The position numbers and the translations under genes were made by a program. 64,000 bases of DNA from Octopus sinensis (Eukaryota), in contig NC_042998.1 in the NCBI RefSeq assembly GCF_006345805.1, positions 122,264,001-122,328,000 of the forward strand, given 5' to 3'. The notes under the pieces are model-generated. The model worked only from the letters and a program-made list of their open reading frames with translations, was not told where the DNA came from and ran no database searches. Below, in pieces: positions 15,131 through 28,221 of the stretch. Every line of letters begins with the position of its first letter. The stretch's first letter is position 1.

Positions 15131-17225
15131 GAGATTTCTCAATCTTGATGGTATGCCCCTTCATTCTGTGATACACTACTGGTGGGGTTTATTACAAACT
15201 TGTGGTTGATGGTTTTTTTGTTCTTAAAGGTTTATTTTAAAAATGAAATTGTATACTTGCCACTTGCAGTTCATGTTTAAGGGCAGCTAAGGGCCTATAA
15301 GCATTTCTTGTCATCAGTTTTCAAAGACTTTAGATAACCTATCATAAAGTTGCAGCTGGGGGTTCGTGAATTTATTATTCACTTTGCACTTAATAGTTGT
15401 GTTTAGCTAGAATTTTTCCTGAGTCTGTCAATATATATCCAGAGGGAGGTTACACATTTTGTTTCTTTCTTCTTAATACAATCAATCCCTTTACTGTTGT
15501 TGAATAGTAATCACAGCTCAATATAACAACATTCAACATCCAAAAGTTGGGATTTTCAATCACTGCTAGTTGGTCTTTAGCTCTTTGGTCCATAGTGGAT
15601 AACATAAGGCTGGTTGATTTCCTACCAATTTATGTGGTAGTTGTTCTCCCTTGTCAATGTTGATGGTGAAGTTTTGTTTGAATTTGGCTGTTGCTTCTGT
15701 TGTTTATATTCTTCACTCATTATTTCTCTTTCTTTCTTACCACTCACTTGTATAATAGCAGAATGCTCCTTTAAGTTCTATTGGTATTGCATCATTCATG
15801 CTTTGTACTGTTTATGATCTTCTCCGGAGAAGAATTTGTAGCATGTCTGTATTAGCAGTGGTTTAAAATATGTATTTTTGGATCTCAGGTAGGCTCAGAT
15901 GACACCATTTGTTTTCAGTCTGTGATTGACTGAATTAACAAGCTCCTTCTAACAGGCGCTCTCTGCTATGCCTGATTGTCACTTATATAATGTAGTTGTC
16001 ACCAGGTTCAGTCGAGTTCCTTAAGTTCCTTGTCTCGGTTCTTTAAAAGACTCCTGGCATGCAGTTTTGCTCTATTGCATTAGAGCTGGCTTCTCTCACA
16101 CAAGAACATCCTTCTTCCATATGCACCAGCAGAATAGACCAAACCCAATGCCTTTATCTCATGTTTACTAGAGGCTTCTATCAAACCTCTTTCTATATAC
16201 ACAAAGCACAACTAATGTCTTCAAACATTCATTCAATCACCACTGCCACACTATAGACATCTCTATTAAACACTAATGAGCACTCTATAAAATAACCCAT
16301 GCTAGCATGGAGAACGGACGTTAAACGACAATGATGATGTACTTAACCCACACTGCTGTGAATAAAGCTTTACTGCTGAACAAGGTTGAGTTGTTATTGT
16401 ATATCACCACACAATTATCGAACACACAAACACAGTTGGCAACAACTACTGTCGCTGACATCGTCATCTTCAACCAACAACTATGGAGTCAACCCGATGT
16501 GAGAGCAACTTTTGTTAAACTAACAACCAACAAACAACGTTAAGGTGGTGGTGTCAACAAACTGCCACATTGGTGACCTCAGAACCCTTATATTCATATA
16601 GCAATCTTCCACACTAAAAATTCGTTGATGTGGGACAATTCCTATCTGATGGTCTGTGGGGATAAAAGCTAGTTTTTACTCAATGAAGGTTGTCATAGTT
16701 GTTTGACACCAAACCTTGAGTAGTTATGGTGTTTTAGATTCCTATTATTCTTCATTCTTTTCATGTAACATATCGAGGGATCTTACCTAACCTTTTTATA
16801 AAATTGGCACAGGTCTAGCTTCAGTTCAAAAGTCCACAGATCTTTCTCTCAATATTTTGGCAACTTCTAATACCTGACACCAGTCTCCCATCCAGCCATG
16901 GTATACCTAATAGTAATGTCAGGTTTTGAGTTTCAGTTAATTTTCTCTTTTTAATCACTACTATATTTCATAGAAAAGAAAGGCACTTCTTTGCATTTTT
17001 CGAAAGAAGATAACCAATTTATTTATTTATTTATTTGTATCAGGTTTGTATCAATGACAAAAGTTCTCAGGAGATAGTATTCATTATAGAAAGTTGATGT
17101 TTTCTTTTTATTCTTTAGAGTTAATTTTGACTAGCCACCTGCTTGGTAGAAAGGTTGTGAAGGAAAGTATATGTTTCTATGGCTAGCTGGCTGACTGGCT
17201 GGTAGGATGTATTGTAATAGATATG

Positions 17226-17715
17226 TTTCTTTATTAGCCACACAGGACTGAACAGAGGGGACAAATTACAAAGTAGAGCTTTTCTTTTTGGGGAGAAAAA
17301 AAAATTGGTGGGGTAGGTTTTTGATTAAAAAGGATCGTAAAAAAAAAAAGAAAAAAAAAGGATCAATAGGGATTCTGTATCACAGAATTGTTATGTAAAG
17401 TGTAGAGGGGGGAAACAGATAAGGTTTATCCGTGGAAAGAAAAGCCTACGGAAAAGACCATGGTAACCTCGGTCAATAATGTCACATGTTAACATATTTA
17501 TTTGCTAGTAAGTAACTCTCTGTTTTAAATTTTTCTGGGTTCATAGGATTATGTTCAAGGTGGCTTCGTCATTCATAGATGCCATGCTTGCTACATTCAC
17601 CCATCGTTTCTTGAAACATTCGCTAGACAAAACTTGCCTCTCTACTCTCACTTTCCTTTTTAAGTGATACTTGAAGAAGTTGATGAGAGATTGACCAGAG
17701 AGGAAAGTGTTTGTA
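17226..17715 (-). mobile_element. 5'-truncated Tx1/L1-group LINE: ORF2 C-terminus and 3'UTR
   Basis: An open minus frame from about 17714 to 17541 reads TNTFLSGQSLINFFKYHLKRKVRVERQVLSSECFKKRWVNVASMASMNDEATLNIIL*. A 3'UTR of about 315 bp ends in GGCTAATAAAGAAA. Confidence 0.75.
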
Positions 17716-18767
17716 TTGTAATAGATAGAAATGAGAACAGTACAGTTGTATTAAAGAAGGATGCAAAGATCATTGACAATGCATTTTTCTTTTAACATTG
17801 GGAAATATTTGCATGCCACTTTTTATTTATTTATTTGTGCTTTTACTTATTTCCTGAAGGTTTATGTAAATTTAATGTAATGATACTAATAGAATTCTTA
17901 TCCATAAAGCTTAGCGGTCACATTTTTCCATTTACCGTAACAGTTTGGCAGCATAGCAGATGAGAAGAATTACAAGGCTGAAATCCTCCAATTAAGCTTA
18001 GCTTGTTTCATGTCTTGTCACCTGTGTGAATAAAGGAACAGTCAATCAAATGGAAATGTCTTTAAAAGCCACACAGGATTTAATCTGCAAACCCAGATTT
18101 GTGCAGATTATATGCAATTTCATTCAAATATTTTGAGTGTGTCTAAGTAATTAGAAAATGTCCCGATGTTCTCAGTATCAAGGTGAATAGTTTAACAGAA
18201 AAAAGAAAATGCCTAAATGAATGGACATTAAAAGAAATTACAAACAGAGGATTTTAATATAAAGCATAAAATTAGAATTCTCTATGGTTTATTTTCTCTT
18301 TGGAGGGTGAAAAGATAGATAAAAAAATCATTTATTTTATTTTTATTAGTAGTTTTATCATTATAGTTTGATATTGCATTCATATTCTGGGAACTTAAAA
18401 ATGACTCATTCATTTTTTTTCTATATTTTTAGCTCATTACTGATATATCATAGAATATAAAGTCATTTTTTTCAGGGATATTCTTCATAAGAGAGATCAT
18501 AATTTATCAATTCTCACTGGCCATTATGTTAACTGTTAAAATAATGGTATCAAACATTAATTTTGTTGCTTTACCTTTTTTTTTTATTCTTTCTTCCACT
18601 TTCCACTCCCTTTTATTGCTATTCCATAGAGAAAGGTTTCATTAGTAAAACCTGGTTCTCTATCAATTCGACACTAGCATTTATCAACATACATACTTAT
18701 CAAACATATGACTAAAGATGATGTGTGTATGTATGGAGGAGCAATGCATAAATATCTAAACACTATA

Positions 18768-19056
18768 ATCATCATCATCGTTTAATATTCGCTTTCCATG
18801 CTGGCATGAGTTGGACGGTTTGACTGAGGACTGGCAAGCCAGATGACTGCACCAGGCTCCAATCTGATCTGGCAGAGTTTCTACAGCTGGATGCCCTTCC
18901 TAACGCCAACCACTCTGAGAGTGTAGTGGATGCTTTGACGTGCCACCTGCATGAGGGCCAGTCAGGTGGTACTGGCAACGGCCACGCTCAAATGGTGTTT
19001 TTATGTAGTGGATGCTTTTACGTGCCATCTGCACAGGAGCCAGTCCAGCGGCACTA
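18768..19056 (-). mobile_element. RTE-3'UTR-type repeat (family D) with (GAT)n tail
   Basis: The sequence matches 3046-3250 and 22128-22321, and it carries an internal duplicated block (GTAGTGGATGCTTT). Confidence 0.85.
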
Positions 19057-20158
19057 GCTATGAATATATTATGAATATAGTCATAATAATTTAGAACCAA
19101 ATTCAATGGTTTCAACTTCCAATGCTGCTGAAATCAACCTGATGTTTCTAAATTTGAAAAATGAATTATATACAAAGATACCCCATATATATTCCATAAG
19201 TTGATATTCAAATGTAACAGATGAACATTACAATGCGTACTGTCTAATTTTTAAAGTTGAGGTGTCAGAAATTTTCATGGACCAGAGTTTGAATTTGCTT
19301 GTGTTCTGTGTTCAAATCTTATTAAAGTTTACTTTGCTTACCATCCCAAAGAACTAGGTATATACTTGAGTTAATGCAACCCACTAAAATGTGCATATAA
19401 ATTTGTGGTTTTATCCTCATATGAAAAATTGTCATTGAAGTTTTATCTACTGTGGCATTTATATTTTTGTATCATGTTTCCAAGGTTCTATCCATTGTAT
19501 GTTCTGATATGATTATTACTTGATATCTGTCACATATAATGTCTACATAATTTATTAGTTAACTGACCATAGTTAGATAAATGAAAGCTTGGAAGGTTTG
19601 GAAAACATTGATGGATGATATTACCTAGAATGTCACATAAGCACATCCAGAAAATTAGTATTTTTGGCCAATAATGAATAAGGAATCTGCAGTGGAAATT
19701 AAAACTCTTTGGCAATTTACATTTTGTGTATTCATTTTAGAGTATTCCTTCAGACTCAAAGAAGTCATATCTGTATGGCAATATTGCAAGCATAGAAAAT
19801 TTGCATGACTTGCTCGTTTGTAAAATGCACACAGTTAATTATGTGAACAGTGATATATATAGTAACAAAGTCTTGCATATATAAATATAGATAAGGTAGT
19901 AATATCATTTTGCAAATTGATGCAAGAAAATACTAATAGCCATCCTTAGATTTTGTTAAAAATAAAATTAGATTAGCCTATATGCAGCAGCATTGTCTAT
20001 ATGTAAGTTGGTTACATAATTAAAAAAAAAGTAAGTACAAATGTTTTTTATCTAAATGTAGCAACAGCTTCTTTATAACTACAAACCCTAACCCCAAAGG
20101 GAACTCAACATTCTGTTGGCATAATAAATGATCAATTTCATATAAAAAAACCCCACTA

Positions 20159-20466
20159 AAACTCTGTTGGTTATGATGACGAGAGTTCCAATTGATCCAA
20201 TGAAAGAAACAGCCTGCTTGTGAAATTAATGAACAAGAGGCTGATCATTCCACAGCTATGTATACCCTTAATGTAGTTCTCAGGGAGATTCATCATGACA
20301 CAGAGTATGACAAGGCTGGCCCTTTCAAATACAGGTACTACTCATTTTTGCCAGCAGAGTGTATGTGAAATAAAATGTTTTGCTCAAAGACACAACAAGC
20401 CACTGGGAATCGAACTCACAACCTTATGGATGTGAGCTGATTAACTTAAACACTAAGCCACATGTC
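20159..20466 (-). mobile_element. tRNA-derived SINE family C, near full length
   Basis: The minus-strand head has an A box (TGGCTTAGTG) and a B box (AGTTCGATTCC). It is related to the copies at 41075 and 46788. Confidence 0.75.
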
Positions 20467-20915
20467 TTCTCTATAAAAAACCCAGTAATGATCACCTAAC
20501 AATCATCTGACATTTATTACCTAACTATCTCTTAGTTTCGAGGTTGACAGCTTTCTTAGAATGTATGCAATCTTTATCACTCTCTGTCATTTTCTTCCTA
20601 ACTGTCAGTCTTCTTTCTCTGCTCTGTATTATAAACCATGCTATCAATGTTGTTGCCATCATCGTCATCATCATTGATTTACTTCCCCTTTCCATGCTGT
20701 CATGGGTTGGACTGGTTGCTGCTTTTCATTTTAATTATAGCTTTCATTGCCTTTTTGGCATGGTTTCTGCATTCCAAAATGGTTTCTGTACTGAATGCTC
20801 CTCACAACATCAACCATTTTACAGAGTGCACTGGCTGCATTTTATTGTGGCACTAACATAAAGATACTCACTAGTCTATGTCTCTGCCTATTAACCACTT
20901 TACAAAAGTGTTATA

Positions 20916-21242
20916 TATGCACACACACATACACACATGCACACACACATATGCACACACAGACACACACACACATGCATGCACAAACACACACACACAT
21001 ACATATACACATATATTCGCATATACATATATATGTATATATACATATATATGTATATATACATATATATATGTATATATATATGTATATATACATATAT
21101 ACATATATGTATTTATACATATATGTATATATACATATATGTATATATACATATATATATATATACATATATATATACATATATGTATAATACATATATA
21201 TATATGAATATATACATATATATGTATACATACATATATATA
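20916..21242. repeat. Compound (CA)n/(TA)n/(TACA)n microsatellite
   Basis: Read directly. Confidence 0.95.
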
Positions 21243-21283
21243 GTAGAATAAGAAATAGAAAACCTTGGTACAGTATAATATAC

Positions 21284-21463
21284 TTGAAAAAATGAATAGA
21301 AATGGCTTTTCTGATAATTTTCCCACTTTAATAATTAGATGTTTACAAAAGGTCTTTGAAGACCGCTTTCAAGCAAGAAACTCCGATCAGAGTCACCGTT
21401 TGTAAACATCTAATTATTAAAGTGAAAAGATTATCAGAAAAGCCATTTCTATTCATTTCTTGA
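21284..21463. mobile_element. Fold-back element with about 70-bp arms whose loop is a decayed hammerhead
   Basis: Arms 21284-21353 and 21395-21463 are reverse complements with few mismatches. Confidence 0.85.
21351..21397 (+). ncRNA. Degenerate type I hammerhead motif (H1)
   Basis: GGT-CTTTGAAGA-CCGCT TTCA AGCAA-GAAA-CTC CGATCA GAG-TC/ACC. The cleavage triplet is GUC and stem III is near-palindromic. The core has 2 extra U and the outer stem II pairs are mismatched. Confidence 0.55.
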
Positions 21464-21477
21464 ACCCCCCACCACAC

Positions 21478-21527
<50 letters not shown>

Positions 21528-21593
21528 ATTTGTAGATATATATATGTGTGTGTGTGTGTGTGTGTATATATATGTATGTATGCATATATATAT

Positions 21594-21680
21594 CACGTGA
21601 TCACGTGACCGACCACAGCATCAGATGTTGTTACACATCGCTGGTCACAATGCGTTCGCATTGTTTTAGCCTTTGAATGA

Positions 21681-21685
<5 letters not shown>
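21594..21685 (-). mobile_element. 3' tail fragment of a SINE-like repeat (TCACGTGA-ended family)
   Basis: It is near-identical to 56168-56278 (CACGTGACC..ACCAGACCATCAGATGTTG..ACACATCGCTGGTCACAATGCGTTCGCATTG). Confidence 0.7.
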
Positions 21686-21724
<39 letters not shown>

Positions 21725-21729
<5 letters not shown>

Positions 21730-22016
21730 TCATCATCATTGTTTAATGGTTGTCTTCCATGCTAGCATGGGTGGGACAAATAGATACACAAACATATATG
21801 CTGGTGGCATATGCAAGGTACCTGCACCAGTGACATGTAAAAGGCACCCACTACACTCTTTGTGTGGTTGGTGTTAGGATGGGCATCCAACCATAGAAAC
21901 CAAGCCAAAACCTGGTGGAGCTAGCTCTCTGGCTTACCAGTCCCAGAAAAAAACCCATCTAACCCATGCCAGGATGGAAAACAGATGCGAAATGATGATG
22001 ATAATGATGATATATG

Positions 22017-22065
<49 letters not shown>

Positions 22066-22089
22066 TGTGTGTGTGTGCGTGTGTGTGTA

Positions 22090-22127
<38 letters not shown>

Positions 22128-22447
22128 CAGTGCAGGTGGCACGTAAAAAGCACCCACTACACTCACAGAGTGGTTGGCGTTAGAAAGGGCATCCAGCTGT
22201 AGAAAGATTGCCAGATAAGACCGGAGCCTGGTGCAGCCTTCTGGCTTCCCAGATCCCCGGTCGAACCGTCCAACCCATGCTAGCATGGAGAATGGACGTT
22301 AAACGATGATGATGATGATGATATCACTGGTGTTGGTGCCACTGTAGAAACCAAACCAAAATAGACAGTTGGGTTTAGCAGTTTTCTGGTTTTCCACCTT
22401 CCATCCAACCCATGTCAGGATGGAAAATAGATGTTAAATGATGATAA
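21725..22447. mobile_element. Cluster of family D (RTE-3'UTR-type) copies
   Basis: An inverted tail lies at 21725-21772, with plus-strand copies at about 21800-22010, 22128-22321 and 22325-22447. Each plus copy ends in CCATG...GTTAAA or a similar block followed by (GAT)n. Confidence 0.8.
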
Positions 22448-22507
22448 TTATGCACACACACACACACACACACACATGTCAGCCTGTAAAGTGGATGTTA
22501 AATGAAA

Positions 22508-22720
22508 AAGGCGGCGAGCTGGCAGAATCGTTAGCATGCCGGGCGAAATGCTTAGCAGTATTTCGTCTGCCGTTATGTCCTGAGTTCAAATTTGCCTTTC
22601 ATTTTTTCGGTGTTGATGAAATAAGTACCAGTCATGCACTGGGGTTGATGTAATCGACTTAATCACTTTGTCCTTGTTTGTCCCCTCTATGTTTAGCCCC
22701 CTGTAGGCAATAAAGAAATA
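22508..22720 (+). mobile_element. tRNA-derived SINE family B
   Basis: The head is GGCGGCGAGCTGGCAGAATCGTTAGC...GAGTTCAAAT, the central block is TTTGCCTTTCAT...AAATAAGTACCAG and the tail is TTTGTCCCCTCTATGTTTAGCCCC...AATAAAGAAATA. The family recurs at 46545 and 59401. Confidence 0.9.
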
Positions 22721-22741
22721 AATGTGTGCGTGTGTGTGTAT

Positions 22742-22784
<43 letters not shown>

Positions 22785-22910
22785 CATGCTTGCATGTGTT
22801 CAGCAAGAGAGAAAGTGAAAGAGGGAGAGAAAGAGAGAGAGAGAGAGATGTAGATACACACAGAAACACATATACGCATGTACACTCATATATATATATA
22901 TATATACATA

Positions 22911-23090
22911 GACATGGGTGCATGGTTAAAAAATTTGTAACAAGATGATATTGTAACCAGGTTTGTAACCAGATGATTTTGGGTTCAATCCCTTGGTACA
23001 GTACTTTGCCCAAGTGTCTTTAACAATAACTTTACATTGGCCAATACTTTGTGAATAAAATTTAGTAGATGGGAACTGTATAGAAAGCCT
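22911..23090 (+). mobile_element. Degenerate SINE family A head
   Basis: GGGTTCAATCCC...CAAGTGTCTT...GTAGATGGGAACTG matches the family A head. Confidence 0.65.
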
Positions 23091-23720
23091 TTACAATAGT
23101 ATATGTCTGTGCGTATGAGTGTGTGAGTGTGCATTCATGCATGTGTGTGTGGGCATGTTTGTCACAATATGTCTTTGCATTGGCAACATTCTTTATACCA
23201 TCTCAAAAAATCAAAACAAAAAACAACACTTCTGACAACAATGTGGAATAAAATATTCTAACTTGTAACACGAGTTAAGGTTGACACCAGGAAAGACATC
23301 TAGCTGTAAAATATTGCCTCAAGAAGTTTCATCCAGCCCATGGTAGTATGGAAAAAACAGACTTAAAACAATGAAGATGATGATGATGACGACAACCTAT
23401 ATCCATATATATATATATATATTTCATTCTTACATTTCCCTCTTGTTTAACCCCTGTTGCTAAATTCTAAAACCTTAATGCATTGATTGCCCATATTTTA
23501 TGACCAAACATTTTTGCAGACTCTCATAACTGATGCCATCACTTTCACTGTTATACATCGCCTCACCAACACCATAACGTTGCCAATAAAGTTTATACAA
23601 AAACAAATTAGTAATGGCCACTAGTGTGTAATAGTAAAGAAACAGAACTAAACAAAAAGAAAAGTAAATTGCTTAAATATATATATGGTGTTAGCATGAC
23701 CTTAAATGATAAAATATCAT

Positions 23721-23751
<31 letters not shown>

Positions 23752-23892
23752 GAGAAAAGAGAAGAGAGTGAGAGAGAGAGAGAGAGAGGGGGGGAGTGTA
23801 GAAATATATGGAAGATAATTCTGTAGTTTGTTTAGAAATCTTTGGAAATATATTGGCTAGTAAGAAAACTTAGATTGGACTTTCAAAGTGTA

Positions 23893-24340
23893 TTGATGAC
23901 GATGATGATGATGAAGATGATGAGGATGATGATGATGATGATGAAGATGATGAGGATGATGATGATGATGATGAAGATGATGCTGATGATGATGACAATG
24001 GTTAAAATGATATTGATGGCAGTAATGAACATAATAATGATGATGATGATTGTGAGGAAAGGAGAGAGCAAGGCAATTGGTAAAAGGATTATGATGATGA
24101 TGGTCATAAAGATAATGGTAGTGATAATGATGACGAAGAGAAAGAGAAGACATGGTGTATGGTGATGAGGATAAAGAGGGGGGGGGAAACAAAATGGAGT
24201 TAGATGATGATGAGCGGAAGAAAGATGTGCAAGTAGAAGGGAGGTGGGGAGGGAGAAGGAAGAACATCCATATCGGTCGTGGTGGTAGTGGCGGTAGTTA
24301 TAATAGCAATAGTCATAATAACGATGATTATCTAATATTA
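23893..24340. repeat. (GAT)n/(GAA/GAG) cryptic trinucleotide repeat
   Basis: Read directly. It gives poly-M, poly-H and poly-D spurious ORFs. Confidence 0.9.
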
Positions 24341-24711
24341 ACTAAAGCCTTAAATATTACTCTGACATATTTGCTGTTCTAACTGCAGAAGGGATTGTCT
24401 GCATCATAAACGACAACCCTTGGAAAGGTCAATGTGACCAGCAGATAATGTTCTATGTAATATGTAATTGGAGAGTAGTTAATGGGTTTTGGCAAAGGAA
24501 TCATAACTTTATATATCCGTGTGTGTTTGTGTGTGTGAATGTATGTGTGTATATGTGTGTCTATGTTTGTGTGTTTGTGTGTGTGTATGTATGAGTTTAT
24601 GTATGTGAGTGTGAGTTTATATATGTGAGTATGTAAAGGCATGTATGAGTGTATAGGTATGTGCACAAATGCGTAGTGAGTATGGACATACACACACACA
24701 TGCACACATAC

Positions 24712-24717
<6 letters not shown>

Positions 24718-24801
<84 letters not shown>

Positions 24802-25150
24802 TGACAGACAGAAGGGAGAAATAGAGAAAGGGAAGAGAGAGAGGGGGGGAAGTAGTAACAAAAGAAATAGATAAAAAATCAGAGTATGAATGAGTAAAAT
24901 ATGAAGAAGCATGAAGAAAAAGCTCTAAAAAGAATGGAAAGGTAAAAAGAAAGACAAAAAGGATGATGAGAGAAAGATATTGAAGAAGACAAAAAGAGGG
25001 ATGAAGACAAAGAAAATAATTGGAAAGTTGGGGGTGGAAGTTGAAAGAGATAAATGAGGAAAAATAAAAGGAGATGGAGGAGAAAGGAAGTAAGAAAAAG
25101 GATGGGAAGAAAGAGAGAAAGAAGGAAAACATGGAAGAAACAAAAGAATT
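24718..25150. repeat. (GA)n followed by a long purine-rich low-complexity tract
   Basis: Read directly. Confidence 0.9.
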
Positions 25151-27509
25151 GAAGAATGACTATACATGATTGAAACGTTTGATGATATTGAATGGTTCGT
25201 TCCAAAGTTATTTATTGTTCTCAATCTGATGAGATCAACAGAAACTGTTATATCATCTTAGAAGACTTCCTTGAATGGATCCCTGCAGAAGTGTTATTGT
25301 AGAAACCACACTTTTAAGAAGGAGAGAGACGTTAGTAGGGATTCAACTTTTTTGGCAGCCAAAGATTATAATTCCTGCAGCTATGTGATAAATACTTTTG
25401 TATTAACTTTGGATCTTTAACAATTGAAAACCCAATTGAGATACTTGATTCTTAAGCTTTATTATTTACTTGCAATATTTTGTCAAATATTTGAAAAAAT
25501 AAAAAAATAAATAAAGTTCTTGCCTTTTCTGGTTTTATATTTTAGTTACATTTATTTATTTGTCAATATTTTGAATATCTTGTGACACTAACTACTCAAA
25601 TATCATCATCATTGACACCCTCATCTTATCTAAGTTATCAACACAAGGTACCACCACCTCTTTGTCTCTCTCCCATCCTCATTCACACATATTCAAGTAT
25701 ATATATAGATAATACATATTATACTTCATAGATTATCATCAATATGAGGTACTATTTAATAGCCTATATTTGAATAAGAATCTTCAGTCATTATCCAGCA
25801 GGGGGATTGATTACTTTCACTGGCATGAAACATAAAATCATGGACTAGTAGTGATCTTTAACCACTGCATATTAATCAATATCTTTAATTTAAGAAGAAT
25901 GACCTTACAGGAATATAACTGTTTCAGTATATATATCTCATCATATGTCAAACCTATGATGATATATGATATGTATTGAAATAGCAACATTCCTATGAAG
26001 TCAAATTTCTCACATAAAAAAAATGCATTTTGTAAACATCAATTCACAGAATCCTTTTGTGAGCTCTAGTTTTCTTGCTGTTTATTTGAGAATAACACTG
26101 AATATCAAATAATATCTATCACCTAACACTGAGCACTGAGACAACAATGTTTTACAGTTTATTATTGGGTTGTTTCCATTACATTTACTTTTGCCCTTTA
26201 GCAAACTTGTTAACCATCTCTCCTTAATCTAATTTGTATATTCGATAATATTCATAGACATATTAGGCAGTTGTTGTTTATCTCCAGATTAGTTCTGATC
26301 AAGCAAACTTATTATTAATGCACGCCATCTTATTTTTAGACCATCCCATCTTATTTTCAAACTATGTGCCTTAGACTACATTATTGAATGTGTCTTTGGT
26401 CTTTTTAGTTTGTGAGGGAAATTTGGATGCTATTTCTAGCTAGCTGGTGAACTGCATAGAAACCCTTTTGTTGACTTGACATTAAGCTGTTTTTAGAGAG
26501 CCAAATTGATAGAACTTTTGACTGCATCCAATGTGCAAGCAGTTCATATCTTGTTACCAGGCCTGCATTGTGTTGGAAGCAAAGCCACATGTTTTTTTAA
26601 CAGCTTTGTTCACTTAGCTGTAAATAAGTACCATAAGTTAGGAACAACTGACTAACATACACATAATAACAGCTATATTGGTAACACTATGAAAATAATG
26701 TCTTTTTCAACTAGCACTACTAAATTTAACCCATGTTGTGAGCATATCATGGCGAAGAATGATTCCATCAAGCTGATCCACCTTCAGATTCACCAGAATG
26801 ATGATGATGTTTTTCAGTTGTGAATCAATGTTCTTATGGGTTATAATATAAAACTCATCGGTCACTACTTTATTTAAATATATGTCATTTGTTTCATACA
26901 CTTGCTTGGGACAACTAAAATGTTTTCATAATAAAAGTCATTACTTCATAATGTGTAAATACAGTTAAAGGTATGCTCAGAGAGGGAAGTTAACAGATGT
27001 CGTTGCCAGGAATAAAATAAATGCACCCTTTTAATGCCTAGCCAGGCTCATGGACCCAGTTTCTATGGCATATGTGTTCCCAGCTGGACGGGATGCCAGT
27101 CCATCACAGAGTTACTCATTAAGCAATGTGCCTCCACAGTATTAACCAGGACAGTGATATAAATTGTTTGGTAGATTATATCTGAAAGTTTAGGATGTGT
27201 TTTGTCATCTGATTGTCTTCTCAACACAGCCCTAACATATAGGATCTTGGAAATACAAAGTACTCATTATAAAGATATTAAGGAGTTTATTGAGGAGTAA
27301 CTGGCTGCTACATTGAGTAAGTTGAGCAACTGTGTTGTGACTTCTTTTCCTTTGTGGACTGGATTAAGTAGAAGGGTAAATAAGTTACGTTGTTTAAATG
27401 ATATAATTTATACCAAGAAAAGAATTTGGAAACTGGATGGAAGAATATTGGCAAAACACTGCCTCCATTTGTGACAAAGAATTTTATACACAGTTAGCTG
27501 ACCTGTGAA

Positions 27510-27865
27510 AGGCACAGATGTGACTATGGTAAGAAGTTTGCTTCTCAACCACATGGTTTGGGGTTCAGTCCCACGGCATGACACCTTGTGCAAGTGTCTT
27601 CCACTTTAGCCTCAGGCCAACCATAGCCTTATGAGTGGATTTGGTAGATGGAAACTGAACGAAGACTGTCCTATATTTATGTGTATATATATTTATGTAT
27701 GTGTTTGTGACTGAGTTTGTTCCCCACCACTACTTGACAACTGGTGCTGGTATATTTATGTCTCTGTAAAAGAGACTGATAGAGTAACTACTGAACTTTA
27801 AAAACAAGTACTGGGGGTTTATATATTCAACTAAAAATGACTGAAACAGGTAAAAAGAAAAAAAG
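27510..27865 (+). mobile_element. SINE family A, diverged full-length copy
   Basis: It has the head, a short internal TA/TG tract and the ...AATGACTGAAAC tail. Confidence 0.8.
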
Positions 27866-28221
27866 ATTATGTTATCCTTGGGAGTATTATGGCTGGAACA
27901 CCTATAATCATAGATCTTTTTGGCTGAAACTGAATAACAACAACCAGCAAAATTATTTATAAATGTATCTTGCCATATCTGAAAAAAATTTTGGTAAAAT
28001 ATATAAAATACTAGACCTTCCTAATGTGTGCATTCTTGAACTGAGCTGTGAATTTTAAATATATTTTAACATGAAACACTACCAGGAAAAGATAGTTGTT
28101 TACATTTGACTTTGAAAACTTGAATCAACAGATTAGAAAAGTTTTGAAATTCTTTTTCATAGGAAACAAGCTTTATATTTTATATATATTTTCCAAATAT
28201 CTTTCCTGACAAATATCTTTC

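Noticed and set aside
25221-25255. CTGATGA-GATCAACA-GAAA-CTGTTA
   Set aside because: There is no stem II pairing and only 2 bp of stem I.
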